Assembly (NCBI GenBank): GCA_965248535.1 | Contig: CBDFJR010000005.1 | Span: forward strand, 1,824,001 to 1,888,000 | Direction: 5' to 3' | Source: Phormidesmis sp. | GTDB lineage: Bacteria; Cyanobacteriota; Cyanobacteriia; Leptolyngbyales; Leptolyngbyaceae | DNA length: 64,000 nt | In this document: piece by piece, positions 1 to 10,923 of the stretch | How positions within the stretch are numbered: position 1 is the stretch's first letter | Layout: each line of letters opens with the position of its first letter | Translations under genes and position numbers: made by a program | Notes under the pieces: model-generated | What the model saw: the letters and a program-made list of their open reading frames with translations, nothing else | Told to the model about the DNA's origin: nothing | Databases searched by the model: none

Positions 1-984
1 GTCTCGGTTGCCCAAAAATAGCTCCGACGGGTTGAGCACTTCTTGCAACCCCTGATCGACCATTTCAAACACGCCGATTTCATGAGTTGCGCCAAACCGA
101 TTCTTAACCGATCGCAACAGACGGTGACTGGCGAAGCGATCGCCCTCAAAATACAGCACCGTGTCTACGAGGTGTTCGAGAACTTTGGGCCCAGCGATCG
201 CGCCTTCTTTGGTGACGTGTCCGACAATAAACAGCGTGATATTCTGCCGTTTAGCCACTTGCATCAGCACCGATGTGCACTCTCGCACCTGAGAGACAGA
301 ACCTGGAGCCGACGTTAACGAACTGTAATAGAGCGCCTGAATGCTGTCAATCACAGCCACGGCGGGTCTGAGCGACTCTAATTCCACCAGAATCGTATCC
401 AGATCAGTTTCAGGAAGCAAATAGAGATCAGCATCGGTAGCGATCGCATTTTTGGGCGTTGCAGCCTCTAATAAAGGCTCAGACTCATCGTTCTCAAAGG
501 GTTCTGTCTGATTCCCAATGCCCAAACGCTGCGCCCTCAGCTTTACCTGCTGCCCCGACTCTTCAGCGCAAACATAGAGCGTCCGATATCGAGTTGCCAA
601 TCGATTTGCCGTTTGCAGCAGCAGCGTCGATTTGCCGATTCCTGGATCGCCCCCAATCAAGACCAGCGAACCCGGCACAATGCCACCGCCCAGCACCCGA
701 TCGAGTTCGGTATATCCAGACGATAAACGAGACTGAGGATGGTCAGTAATTTGATTTAAGGTCAGCGACGAAACCGCCTGGGCCGTGCCGTTGCGGGTTG
801 AGGTGCGGCTTTTGCCATTGGTTCTCATCTGAGTCACCTGACCGATCGCGGTTGCAGCAGAAGTCGATCGAGACACCTGTTCTTCGAGCGAATTCCAGGC
901 AGCACAAGAGGGGCAACGACCAAAATATTGAGGCGATTCTGCCCCACATTGGTTACAAACGAAGTGCGATCTGAGTTTTGGCAT
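1..984 (-). CDS. radA: DNA repair protein RadA/Sms (3' end runs off the window; not in the ORF track)
   Basis: Manual minus-strand translation from ATG at 984 gives MPKLRSHFVCNQCG...GRCPSC (zinc finger), GGDPGIGKSTLLLQ (Walker A), VIDSIQ, KNRFG and EVLNPSELFL; open to position 1. Confidence 0.95.
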   Translation of the reverse strand, partial: MPKLRSHFVCNQCGAESPQYFGRCPSCAAWNSLEEQVSRSTSAATAIGQVTQMRTNGKSRTSTRNGTAQAVSSLTLNQITDHPQSRLSSGYTELDRVLGGGIVPGSLVLIGGDPGIGKSTLLLQTANRLATRYRTLYVCAEESGQQVKLRAQRLGIGNQTEPFENDESEPLLEAATPKNAIATDADLYLLPETDLDTILVELESLRPAVAVIDSIQALYYSSLTSAPGSVSQVRECTSVLMQVAKRQNITLFIVGHVTKEGAIAGPKVLEHLVDTVLYFEGDRFASHRLLRSVKNRFGATHEIGVFEMVDQGLQEVLNPSELFLGNRD

Positions 985-1155
985 TACAAAAATTGTTGTG
1001 ATATTCCTTCACAAAATAGACAATCGTTAAGAAAGTCTGAGGGTCAGTAACGGTGAGGCTTTGACGAACTGAAAGTTGTGAAGTGGGTTACTATCTTAAT
1101 GATAAAGTACAAAAAATTAACGATCAGAGATTTGACCTAGGGAGCGTTAGAGAAG

Positions 1156-1887
1156 TTGGAAAATCATAAAGAAAAAATATTAGTGGTCGATGACGAGGCA
1201 AGCATTCGCCGCATTCTTGAAACTCGTCTTTCAATGATTGGTTATGATGTTGTCACCGCTGCCGATGGCGAAGAAGCCCTAGAAACCTTTCGCAACTCTG
1301 AACCGGATCTAGTCGTTCTCGATGTGATGATGCCCAAGCTAGACGGCTATGGCGTTTGTCAAGAACTGCGGAAAGAATCAGACGTGCCCATCATCATGCT
1401 AACAGCACTTGGAGACGTAGCCGATCGCATCACAGGTCTAGAGCTAGGCGCAGATGATTATGTCGTCAAACCCTTCTCTCCTAAAGAGCTAGAGGCTCGC
1501 ATTCGCTCAGTTTTGCGGCGCGTTGAGAAGACAGGCGCACCGGGGATTCCCAGTTCTGGCGTGATCCACATCAACACGATTCGGATTGACACCAACAAGC
1601 GTCAAGTTTATAAAGGCGATGAGCGCATTCGGCTCACTGGCATGGAGTTTAGCCTGCTGGAGCTATTGGTTAGCCGATCGGGAGAGCCATTTTCTCGATC
1701 GGAGATTCTCCAAGAAGTGTGGGGCTACACGCCCGAACGTCACGTTGACACCCGTGTTGTCGATGTCCACATCTCCCGCCTGCGCGCCAAGCTAGAAGAC
1801 GACCCCAGCAACCCAGAACTGATCTTGACCGCGAGAGGGACGGGTTATCTTTTCCAGCGCATTCTTGAGCCGGGCGAGATTGAGTAG
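1156..1887 (+). CDS. rpaB: OmpR-family response regulator RpaB (Ycf27)
   Basis: KEKILVVDDEASIRRILETRLSMIGY receiver domain; winged helix VWGYTPERHVDTRVVDVHISRLR...TARGTGY; divergent from radA. Confidence 0.93.
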   Translation: MENHKEKILVVDDEASIRRILETRLSMIGYDVVTAADGEEALETFRNSEPDLVVLDVMMPKLDGYGVCQELRKESDVPIIMLTALGDVADRITGLELGADDYVVKPFSPKELEARIRSVLRRVEKTGAPGIPSSGVIHINTIRIDTNKRQVYKGDERIRLTGMEFSLLELLVSRSGEPFSRSEILQEVWGYTPERHVDTRVVDVHISRLRAKLEDDPSNPELILTARGTGYLFQRILEPGEIE

Positions 1888-1939
1888 TTTCTAAAGAATT
1901 ATGAGTTTTGAGTCTCAACGATTCAGAACTCTTTTGGCT

Positions 1940-3223
1940 TCAGACACGATCGTGGATCAGATGAGAGCTAGGTGGTGGTTGAGTGGGCTGGGTTAAGGGC
2001 GCAACGTCAATCGGGCGAGCAGTTGGCACCGGAAGAAGGGAGTTGAGCAACTGCTGTTTAGCTGCATCGATCGTCTTCCAGTCGTCTAGCAAGATTCCGC
2101 CTGTGTCGCGACTGTTAGGGTTCCAACTCCAGTAGGCAAAACTGAGGTTGCGGCGCTGCAAAAACTCTACAAACTGTCGCTGCCAGATCCCTTCTTTAGA
2201 CGTTGCATCTACCTGCCGTCCTCCAAATTCGCCGATCAAAATAGGGGCAATTTTTTGTCGAGCAATGTAATAAAAGCTTGTTTCCCAGCGATCGTATAAA
2301 TTTTTTGGAAAATCTCGCTCTGAAAACCAGGGTTGATCAAACACGCCCGCCCCATATTCGTGGGGCGAATAGACGACTTTATTGCGAACCGACAGCCGGA
2401 CTGGAAACCGTTTGACCCCCTCTAGATTGCCACCCATCCAATGTCGTTTTAACGTCTGCCCAGGCACATTATTTTCAACGCCCTCGACCACAATCAGCCA
2501 ATTGCGATTGACCTTGAGAATGGCGTTTCCGGCTCGCTCTGCCGCCAGTCGCCAATCGGTTGCCCGATCGTAGGTGCCCCAGCTAGCGCGGCCGTGAGGC
2601 TCATTTTTTAAGTCAGCCCCAATCACATTAGGCTGATTTTGATAGCGTTTAGCCAACATGACCCAAGTATCGAGCCAATCTGCTTCGGTGAAGCCATCGC
2701 CATACCAGAGTTCGGGGATACGATCGTGGTTCAGTCGATGACTATCTAACAGCACCAGCAAGCCTTGCCGCCCCGCTTCTTGCACGACTAAATCCATCAC
2801 TTCTAACGAAGTTTTGCCTCGGAAGTCGCGATTGCTGCCCAATTCAAAATTAATGCTGCTGACCTTCGTTGCACTCGTGCCTCGGAGCGATTGCACCGAA
2901 TAAGGCAATCGGATTAAGTTATACCCCAACCCTTTGATCTGGGCCAGCATCTCTTGATAGTCTCTCGCCCACAACCCGTTTGGTGCTTGAGTTTCGCTCT
3001 CAAGACCAAACCAGTTAACGCCTCTGAGTAAGAGGGGGCGATTTTCTGCATCGACAATCTCAGCCCCTCGTGTTGAAAGCGGTAGTTGAATCGCATTAGC
3101 CGCCTGCGCTGACTTGAGTAAGGTTTGAGGGTAGAAAAATAATCCGCATAACAAGCTGACCAACGCTATCACGATCGTTCTGCGATAGGAGGCTTTGACT
3201 GATTTGATTGAGAATTTAGCCAT
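1940..3223 (-). CDS. Secreted GH5 endoglucanase (cellulase)
   Basis: Signal peptide; LRGVNWFG, DLKNEPHG (acid/base Glu), YSPHEYG, IGEFGG (nucleophile Glu), YWSWNPNSRDTGG; Pro-rich tail. Confidence 0.9.
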   Translation of the reverse strand: MAKFSIKSVKASYRRTIVIALVSLLCGLFFYPQTLLKSAQAANAIQLPLSTRGAEIVDAENRPLLLRGVNWFGLESETQAPNGLWARDYQEMLAQIKGLGYNLIRLPYSVQSLRGTSATKVSSINFELGSNRDFRGKTSLEVMDLVVQEAGRQGLLVLLDSHRLNHDRIPELWYGDGFTEADWLDTWVMLAKRYQNQPNVIGADLKNEPHGRASWGTYDRATDWRLAAERAGNAILKVNRNWLIVVEGVENNVPGQTLKRHWMGGNLEGVKRFPVRLSVRNKVVYSPHEYGAGVFDQPWFSERDFPKNLYDRWETSFYYIARQKIAPILIGEFGGRQVDATSKEGIWQRQFVEFLQRRNLSFAYWSWNPNSRDTGGILLDDWKTIDAAKQQLLNSLLPVPTARPIDVAPLTQPTQPPPSSHLIHDRV

Positions 3224-3562
3224 GACTACCTACTTTAAGTGAGGGATTGACTCGAACCATAAACGTCTCGTGGTTCAAATTTGATGTAACGTTTGAGAAA
3301 TTAAAGCCTGCGTATACAAAAGTTATATTTAATACTTACAAAAATATAATATCCGAGATTTTACATAAGCTTTTTGTATTTTTAGGTTTCTTTATCTGAT
3401 TCATATTCTTTTTTAAGGGAGAAGCCTTTAGTCTTGTAGAAAGGGTGTATGGCTTCCTGCCTCTCGCCTGTTTAGGCTAAAACCAGCCAGGCTAACTAGG
3501 CAGCGATTGCAAGAAACCATCATTTACATCTTTGCTATATTTGTCACCCAGAATACTCAGAA

Positions 3563-4390
3563 TTGTCACCTATGCCTGTATCTTCCCTTAGCAAGTTTTT
3601 GATACCAGCCACGATCGCCGCCGGAGCCGTCTTCTCGGTTTTAGCTACGCCCCTTGTTATCTTTGGCTCAGAGCCAGTCAATGCTCAGTTTCAAGGCGAA
3701 ACCTTTGACGGGCCGCTTAAAGAGTTGGCAACTCCTTATTTGGGGTTGGCGGGCCTACTGAGTTTGGGGGCTGGGGTCGCTGGCTTGGCGCTGACGGGTT
3801 GGCGACGCTCTGCCCAACAGTTCAACAAAGTAGAGCAGCAATTGCAAGATGTTCAGCAGCAGCTTAGAGAAAAAGAAATTCAACTTCAGTCCAGCCTGCT
3901 CTCTGATCGCCACCTCGATGCGTCTGGGTTAAGGTTCTTCCTCGACGATGAAGCGCTCCTTCAGCCCAAACTCACAGCAGCGATTAGCGCAAAGCAAAAC
4001 TCTGAAGAAACGGCTCAATCCCCGGTTCACGCAACCGCAATCATGCCATCGACGATCAGGGCCGTGAATCACGTCTCTCCAAGAGTAATGCCTCAGATGA
4101 GCGTCCAGGCTGCCGTTTTGCCCCTGTCTGCCGCTCAAGCGTTTCTCAGCTTTTCTCGCCCAAACGTCTCGACTCTTGCCCAAGCTCCTCAAGCCGATCA
4201 GCTTGGCGAACTGCAAAGTCAGCTTCAGCAAATTTTGTCTCAAATCGAAACCCTACAAGGAAGCCTGATAGCAACTCCCCAGCCTGCTCTCAACTCAAAC
4301 ACTTCTCCAGAAAACTTAGGCACGATCCCTCAGCTAAAGCAACGGCTGCAAAGTTTGGAGACTCAATGGGTGATGCAGAGAGCGTCCTAA
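3563..4390 (+). CDS. Hypothetical membrane protein with Gln-rich coiled coils (ATG start possibly 3572)
   Basis: 275-aa ORF with two hydrophobic segments followed by heptad Q/L-rich stretches. Confidence 0.75.
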   Translation: MSPMPVSSLSKFLIPATIAAGAVFSVLATPLVIFGSEPVNAQFQGETFDGPLKELATPYLGLAGLLSLGAGVAGLALTGWRRSAQQFNKVEQQLQDVQQQLREKEIQLQSSLLSDRHLDASGLRFFLDDEALLQPKLTAAISAKQNSEETAQSPVHATAIMPSTIRAVNHVSPRVMPQMSVQAAVLPLSAAQAFLSFSRPNVSTLAQAPQADQLGELQSQLQQILSQIETLQGSLIATPQPALNSNTSPENLGTIPQLKQRLQSLETQWVMQRAS

Positions 4391-4433
4391 TCTTTAACGG
4401 AGTTTAGAACAGAGCGCTGTAAATCAGCCCAGC

Positions 4434-4484
4434 GGACTACAGAGACGTTGCAGACTTATTAATCAATGCAATTCTCTGTAGTCC
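4434..4484. terminator. Inverted repeat between convergent genes (possible bidirectional terminator)
   Basis: GGACTACAGAGA..TTGCA / TGCAA.TCTCTGTAGTCC stem between the stops at 4390 and 4517. Confidence 0.6.
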
Positions 4485-4516
4485 ACGTTTTGTTGAGGAA
4501 AGCTGAGATTTTTTCA

Positions 4517-5254
4517 CTAATGCAAAAATTCCTGGGGTGAGAGGGGGGCATCAATCTGCTTTTGCACGTTGGCTGCCCCTTTGGTTTGCATGGAGACTGC
4601 CTGCACAGGGACGATCGCGGGCGTTCCTAACAGTGGATTCATAGCACTCGAAGGCTTGGCAGCTTGGAGAACGGGCGGCGCGATCGCCAAGGCTTGCTCA
4701 GACTGCAAATAGCTTTTCCCGTCGGTTGTGAAACGAACAATCAAGCTTTCTCTAGGGACGTTTTCGGCTGGTTGCTCAACCTTGAGCGATCGATCTGCGG
4801 GATCTGTGACCGCTTGAAAGGTCACTCGCGGATCTGGCTCTAGATTGAGTCCTAGCTGAAGGTTGTGAGTTTGCCAATTTTCTAGCAGCTTGCCGCTAGG
4901 AGCTAGGGTCAACAGACTTAGGGTGGTCTGCCACTTACCATCCATCACAGCGATCGGCTGACGAGCCAAAATCGCATAGGTTGGCTCTTGATTAGTCAGT
5001 CGAGAGGAGTCTTTGACGATCTGAAGACTGCGCACGGCTTGAATCGTTATTCGTGTCTGATCGGGCAAGTTTGTTTGGCCGCCGACGCTATAAACTCCCG
5101 GCTGACTAGAGGGTGAGACTTGCATCGTCAATTCAGTTTTAGGCGATCGAGAGGGCAGACATCCTGCACAGATTCCCCCCAGCATTAGAGAAGTGAGGGC
5201 AAGGGTCAATCGAGACTGAGCGGGCTTCGTCAAAAGATGGCGTTGACCAGTCAT
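4517..5254 (-). CDS. Hypothetical lipoprotein
   Basis: ATG at 5254; hydrophobic leader ending LGGICAGC (lipobox-like Cys); beta-rich body with GQTNLPDQT. Confidence 0.7.
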   Translation of the reverse strand: MTGQRHLLTKPAQSRLTLALTSLMLGGICAGCLPSRSPKTELTMQVSPSSQPGVYSVGGQTNLPDQTRITIQAVRSLQIVKDSSRLTNQEPTYAILARQPIAVMDGKWQTTLSLLTLAPSGKLLENWQTHNLQLGLNLEPDPRVTFQAVTDPADRSLKVEQPAENVPRESLIVRFTTDGKSYLQSEQALAIAPPVLQAAKPSSAMNPLLGTPAIVPVQAVSMQTKGAANVQKQIDAPLSPQEFLH

Positions 5255-5636
5255 GGTTAGGTGATGAAGAACAGGGGATCGGGACGCTTTTAACGAGTTT
5301 TGCAACTCATCTAGGCTGATTTTTCCCAATAGACGTGCACTGTCAACGCTAGACGATTCGAGATTTGCTAGATGGCAAAACGGGACTGATTAAAAACTTT
5401 TAGTTGAGTTCCCTCTCAAACGGGGAAGGTTAGAAGACAAGTTTGAGAAAGCTCTGAAGCTGCATCATTTGCAAAAGTGAATCGCAACCAGTGAGTGACA
5501 TTACCGTGTGTCTTGTTCTTTGTTAACAGCCTAAGCGCGGCATTTACTGAGAACGCAGCCAGCTTAATTTGTACCTTAAAGTTCTTTCTCTCAGACAATT
5601 TAAGGGCCGCCAACTCATCAGCAATCGTGTGAACAA

Positions 5637-7250
5637 GTGATGTCTTTGTCTAAGTACACCCATTTAAATAACCTTCTGTCGGTGGGAGCGGTTGCTTCGA
5701 TCGCTGCGTTGGGGGCGATCGGGCTATTTCAGTCAGAGTCTGCCCAGGCAAACCCAGTCGAGTCTTTGCCCAATCAGAAAGTGGCCCAAGTAAAAAAGCC
5801 GTTAGCTGAGATTCAAGTTTTGGCACCCGATCGGGTAAAAACTCAGATCGAAATAGCTGCGATTTCGCCTCCAGCACCTTCTTTTTCACCCCTCCTTCAA
5901 GAGTCTCGCGCTGTTGATCAAAGTGAAGATGATCTAATTCAGCAAATTTCGGGACAGTTCCCTGCGGCGCACGTTGAGAAAGTCTCTCAGCCTGTGCCTG
6001 TGTTGGTGACAGCGATCACAAACTCAGATATCGGACTTGAGCTTGTGCCTGCCCAGCCGCCCCTGCGCTTTTCGGCTCCGAGTTCTGAGGTGCGATCGCT
6101 CAATCCTGATTCCTTCCAAGAGTCGCCTGCGGCCCAAGCCACACCGCTCCCAATCCCTTTAAGCGAAACCCACAGCAAAGCGGGTCTGCTTTCGCAGTCC
6201 CCTTCTCTGAATCGGGCAGGCTCACTCATTTCGCCCGATCGTCCTTTTGTGCGAAGTACGGCGCTGACCCCACCTAACCTAACGCTGCAAGGGGTGTATC
6301 TGTATCAGGCGGATCAAACCTCTGCACGGGTGCGACTGACGGGCATTTACCCCCTTACGCCCAATGTTTTGGTGGGCGCAACGCTGGATCTCAGCACGGG
6401 CACGGCTTTTACAGACACGCCTAACGCTGGGTTTAACGTCACTGAGCTTTATTTAGCCACGTCACTCCGCGACCTGCCAAATTTGCGGTTTGTGGTTGGG
6501 CAGTTGGATCTAACGTCCTATTTCGATCGCAACAGCTTTGCTAAAGATGGAGCCAGTCAGTTTTTTAATCCGATATTCCAAACCAATCCTGCCCTCAGCG
6601 CGACCGGAATCGCCTCCCGTCCGGGGTTGCTGGTTAACTGGAGTGTCACCGACAGCCTTGAGGCAAAAGCGGCTGTTTTCTCATCCGCTAAAGGCTTGAG
6701 TGATTTCTCGCTAGATGGCTTTGCCGGAGAGTTGGGCATTCGCTATGGCAACGGCATTCTTCGAGGCACCTACGCCACCGATCGTGACGCTGGCTCTCGC
6801 AGTGGCTTCCGCGAGATCTTTCAAGTGGCGCGGGGAAACAGTCAAACAGGCTTGCTGAGATCCGATCGCGAAGAAGCCTACGGAGTCAACGCTGAATATT
6901 ATTTTCCACAGATCAAAATGGGCGTGTTTGGTCGCTATGGGCGCTATCACAACCTCGGCTTAGGCGAAGGAGGCGACACCTATAGCGGCGGGCTGACGTT
7001 TTTGGATATTTTTGCCCGCGACGATCGCTTAGGTCTTGCCTACGGTCGCGATTTATCCAATAACGCTTTGCGGCAGCGCAGTGGAGAGAATGCCCCAGAC
7101 GTGCTGGAACTATTTTATGATTTCCGAGTTTTGCCCAACCTGCGAGTGGGCTTCTCAGTTCAGGAGCGCAGCAACTTCTCAGAAGTGGTGGCCGGGTTTC
7201 GGCTCAAGACTGAGTTTGATGTGACACCCAAAGGAAGAGGGATGCAGTGA
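5637..7250 (+). CDS. OprB-like carbohydrate porin with long low-complexity N-terminal region
   Basis: Signal peptide, ~170 P/S/Q-rich residues, then amphipathic beta strands; GQLDLTSYFDRNSFAKDGASQFFNPIFQTNP and terminal ELFYDFRV...VAGFRLKTEF resemble OprB-type barrels. Confidence 0.7.
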   Translation: MMSLSKYTHLNNLLSVGAVASIAALGAIGLFQSESAQANPVESLPNQKVAQVKKPLAEIQVLAPDRVKTQIEIAAISPPAPSFSPLLQESRAVDQSEDDLIQQISGQFPAAHVEKVSQPVPVLVTAITNSDIGLELVPAQPPLRFSAPSSEVRSLNPDSFQESPAAQATPLPIPLSETHSKAGLLSQSPSLNRAGSLISPDRPFVRSTALTPPNLTLQGVYLYQADQTSARVRLTGIYPLTPNVLVGATLDLSTGTAFTDTPNAGFNVTELYLATSLRDLPNLRFVVGQLDLTSYFDRNSFAKDGASQFFNPIFQTNPALSATGIASRPGLLVNWSVTDSLEAKAAVFSSAKGLSDFSLDGFAGELGIRYGNGILRGTYATDRDAGSRSGFREIFQVARGNSQTGLLRSDREEAYGVNAEYYFPQIKMGVFGRYGRYHNLGLGEGGDTYSGGLTFLDIFARDDRLGLAYGRDLSNNALRQRSGENAPDVLELFYDFRVLPNLRVGFSVQERSNFSEVVAGFRLKTEFDVTPKGRGMQ

Positions 7251-9602
7251 GCAGCGAAATTTTGACGAGCAAGCAACTCCGCCAGCCCAGACGATGCGAT
7301 CGCGCTGGAAGATTGACTTTAATGGTTTGTTTGGGGTTCTTAATCACCGGAATTCCCCTCGTGGCACCTTTGATTAATCCTCCTGGGGTGCAGGCTCAGA
7401 CGGTGCCCAATCAGGTGAGAGAAGGCTATGGCCAGTTGGGTCAGGGGTTAGTGGATGCGGCGATCGTTACCTTTCGCAGCGCCGTGCAGCGCTACCCCAA
7501 TTCGATAGAGGCGAAGTTAGGGCTAGCGATCGCCAATCGCCGCGCCGGACGCGATGCCGATGCGTGGCAGGCTTATCAGCAGGTGGTGGCTCAAGACCCT
7601 GACAATCAACTGGCCTTGAGAACGATCGGCGTTCTAGCGGCCTTTAAACCAGAGTGGCAAACCACAGGGATTGCTGCCCTGACCACTTTGTTAAAGCTGG
7701 CTCCTGCTGACACCGAAGCTCGTGCTCAACGGGCCTTGCTCTATGGTTATCAAGGGCGCTTTGCCGATTCGCTGTCAGACTATGAAATCGCCTTGCAGGG
7801 CAACCCCAGTGCCGATATGGTGCTTGGTGCGGCTCAGATCTATACCTATAGCGGCAATATTCAAAAAGGATTAGACCTGTTTGAGCGCTACCGTTTGGTA
7901 AGCAACAAAGCGATCGTGGGCAACGCTGCGATCGCCTATGCCCGCGCTTTGCGAAGCACTGGCAAGGCGGCCCAAGCCGTCCAGGTTTTAGAGACCCAGC
8001 TTCCTAATCAGACCAATGCTTTTGGCATTCAGGTTCGATCGGAGCTTTCGCAAGCTTATTTAGCCAATCGAGCAGCCTACTCAGGCGCTGTCTGTGCTCG
8101 ACCCGTTGCGCGATCGCCAAGATGCTCGTCTTGCTCTAGCGCGGGCGTTGAACGAAATCGGCAAACAAGAACATCGCCCTGACCTCTCTACTCAAGCGGC
8201 GGCGCTCTATCGTCAAGTCCTGACTGAAACGTCAAATCCGGCTTCGTCTCTGCGACGAGAGGCGGCAGACGTGCTGAGTGGCATTCCGGCAGATCAGACC
8301 TTAGCGCTGCAACTCTATCGGCAGCTTGTGCAGCAGCAGCCCGATGATAAGGTGCTGGTGATTCAGCAATTGGCGTTAGAAAGTCAGTTAAAAACTTTGT
8401 CTCAAACTGAGGTGCGGCAACGCCTGCGCCCCATTCTGCAACCGTTGCCTAGCGAGTCGGGACAGCAGTTCACGATCGCCCACGCTCTAGTCCGGTTAGA
8501 GCCTGATGCAGAATTTTTCTCGGTTTATCAAGCCCTGATTCAGTCTGGAGTCAACGAGCCGTTTTTGAACTTTCGATTGGCGCAACTGTTGATCGAGCGC
8601 AATGACTTCGCGGCTGCCCGAAGTGCTCTCGCTGCTTACCAAGCCACCGCGCCAGGTGCCAGCGATCGCGCCCCAGAGCTATTGTTAGCCGACCTCGATC
8701 GACGGCAGGGCAATCTTGATGCCAGCGCCAATCGCTATGAAATCTTGATTTCTAGCGGCTCACAAGATAGTGATCTGGTGGCGACCGCCACTCGTGGGTT
8801 AGCCGGAATTCGCCGATCGCAGAACCGATTTCAAGATGCGTTGGATTTATACGATCGATTGATTGCCAGCCATCCCAGCGATTTTCAGCTTCAACTTGGT
8901 CGAGCATCGATTGCTTATCAAGCTAAAAAAATCTCTGCAACTGAGGCAGAAGCTGTGATCGATCGCTTCTTGCAAACCCGTCCTTCAGAAAATCCTCCTG
9001 AACTTTATGGTCTGGTGGGTCTGCTGCCTGCCAACCCGCAGCGCGAAGCTCTCTACAATGCCCTAATCGAAGCCGATCCCGCTAATGTCTCGATTCAGGT
9101 GCGGCTAATTCAGCTTTTGGCGACTCGAAACCCTGACCAGGCGAGAGCGCAGGCCAATCGATTAATGGCACGGGTGCGGCAAACCTCGCCCGACGATCGC
9201 AGCAACGTCAGTCTGCTATTTCTCAAGGGGCAGTTAGAGCAAGCGTTGGGTAACTTGAATCAGGCTGAAGATGCCTATCAAGCGATCGTCCATCTCGAAC
9301 CTGACAACACCGACGCGCTCTCAGCCTTGGGCGGCGTTCGATTTCAGCAGAGACAGCTTGACTCGGCGGCTCAACTCTATTCTCAAGTGCTGAAGCTGCA
9401 TCCCGACGATGCGATCGCCCTCAGATCCCTAGCAGAGTTGACGGCGGCGCAGGGCAGACCCCTAGAAGCGATCGAGCGATTTGAGCAACTCAAAATTCAG
9501 CAGGGCGAATCGGGAGCGGCGGATCTGACGCGACGAGTTCACCAGCTACAGGAAGATATGCTCCGACAAAGAGGCTTTCAGCCGCCTTGGGAGCGCTATT
9601 GA
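7247..9602 (+). pseudogene. Periplasmic TPR protein (BcsC-like scaffold, no barrel) interrupted by a +1 frameshift near 8070; possible sequencing error
   Basis: ORFs 7247-8182 and 8094-9602 are both TPR-rich; removing G8070 joins them as YLANQQPTQALSVLDPL; span 2356 = 3n+1. Confidence 0.8.
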
Positions 9603-9698
9603 GCATCTGAATCGATTTGGGCACCCTTAAACCTGAAGACCTGCGATCGTCACCCCTCGGCGATCGCAGCGCTGTTCTTAAGAGGAAGATTTTACAGA

Positions 9699-10923
9699 AT
9701 GCTGCGTTCTCTTCCACGGCTCATTCTCATTGCTGCTTTAGGAAGTTTGGCGGCTTGTCAAGCGTCTGTGCTGCCTTCGTCTCAGGCTTCTAGCCCAATC
9801 GTGACAGCCGCGATCGACCCGTCAGCCCGTTTGACCGAAAGCTGGAATGCCTATCGGCAGCGATTTATTCAGTCAGATGGGCGAGTGATCGACTGGGAAG
9901 CCACCGGACGATCGACCTCAGAAGGACAGGCTTATGCCATGCTGCGGGCTGTGTTTGCTAACGATCCCGATCGGTTTGCCCTGACGCTCAACTGGTCAGA
10001 AAATAATTTGCGGCGAGTCAATGCCGATCAAAAAACTCCTCGATCGCCTGTGGGCGTGGCAATGGGGACGTGACTCTAAAGGAAAATGGGGCACTCTAGA
10101 CAATAACTTTGCCAGCGATGCCGATATTGATGCGATCACCGCACTCATCTTGGCTTCTCGACGCTGGGGACGGGCCGAATATCTGACTCTGGCGCAAGCC
10201 AAGCTCAAAGATCTTTGGAAGTCGTCTACCGTCGTTGCCAATCATCAGCGCTATCTGCTGCCTGGCCCGATCGCAGCCTTTCAACAGGGAGAACGGCTCA
10301 TCTTAAACCCATCCTATTTAGCGCCCTATGCCTTCAGGTTATTTGCTCAAGTCGATGGCGATCGCGATTGGTTGAGCTTGGTTGAGAGCAGCTATCAGGT
10401 GTTAGAACGGTCTGCCAGCCTCTCCAAAGTGGGTTTGCCGAGTGATTGGGTCGGCTTAAATCTCAAAACAGGTCAATATTCGCGATTAGACGAACCGAAT
10501 ATCATCAGCCGCTATGGATTTGATGCCATACGAGTTTGGTGGCGAGTCTCGCTAGATGCGGTTTGGTTTGATGAGCCAAAAGCTAAACGCTATCTACAAC
10601 AGCATTTGAACTCTATGAAAACTCTCTGGCGATCGCAGCAAAAAATTCCGGCTCAACTCGATTTAGACGGGCAACCCCTCGTGAGCTATGAAGCCACGTC
10701 GCAATATGGAATGCTGTATGCCGCTTTTCGAGTCATTGACCCGGCGATCGCGCAACAGATTGAACAACAGAAGTTAGTGCCCACCTACCGAAACGGTTTT
10801 TGGGACAGCGATTCTGCTTACTACACCCAAAATCTGGTCTGGTTTGGGCTATTGCCCCCGGCCACGATCGCGCCTTATCTCTCTCCCTCTCGCAATGCTC
10901 CAAAACCCCCCTCTAATTCATGA
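9699..10923 (+). pseudogene. bcsZ: GH8 endoglucanase (BcsZ-like) lipoprotein with a +1 frameshift in the A6 run at 10030-10035; possible sequencing error
   Basis: STSEGQAYAML in ORF 1; LWAWQWG, ASDADIDA, NPSY and YGFDAIRV in ORF 2; lipobox LAAC; deleting one A gives NADQKLLDRLWAW; span 1225 = 3n+1. Confidence 0.85.

Noticed and set aside
43..949. ORFs 43-318, 459-749 and 743-949
   Set aside because: Shadow frames of radA, which the ORF track missed because it runs off the window.
985..1155. Possible HLR1 (RpaB-binding) repeats upstream of rpaB
   Set aside because: Only isolated TTACAA/GTACAA half-sites; no convincing direct-repeat pair.
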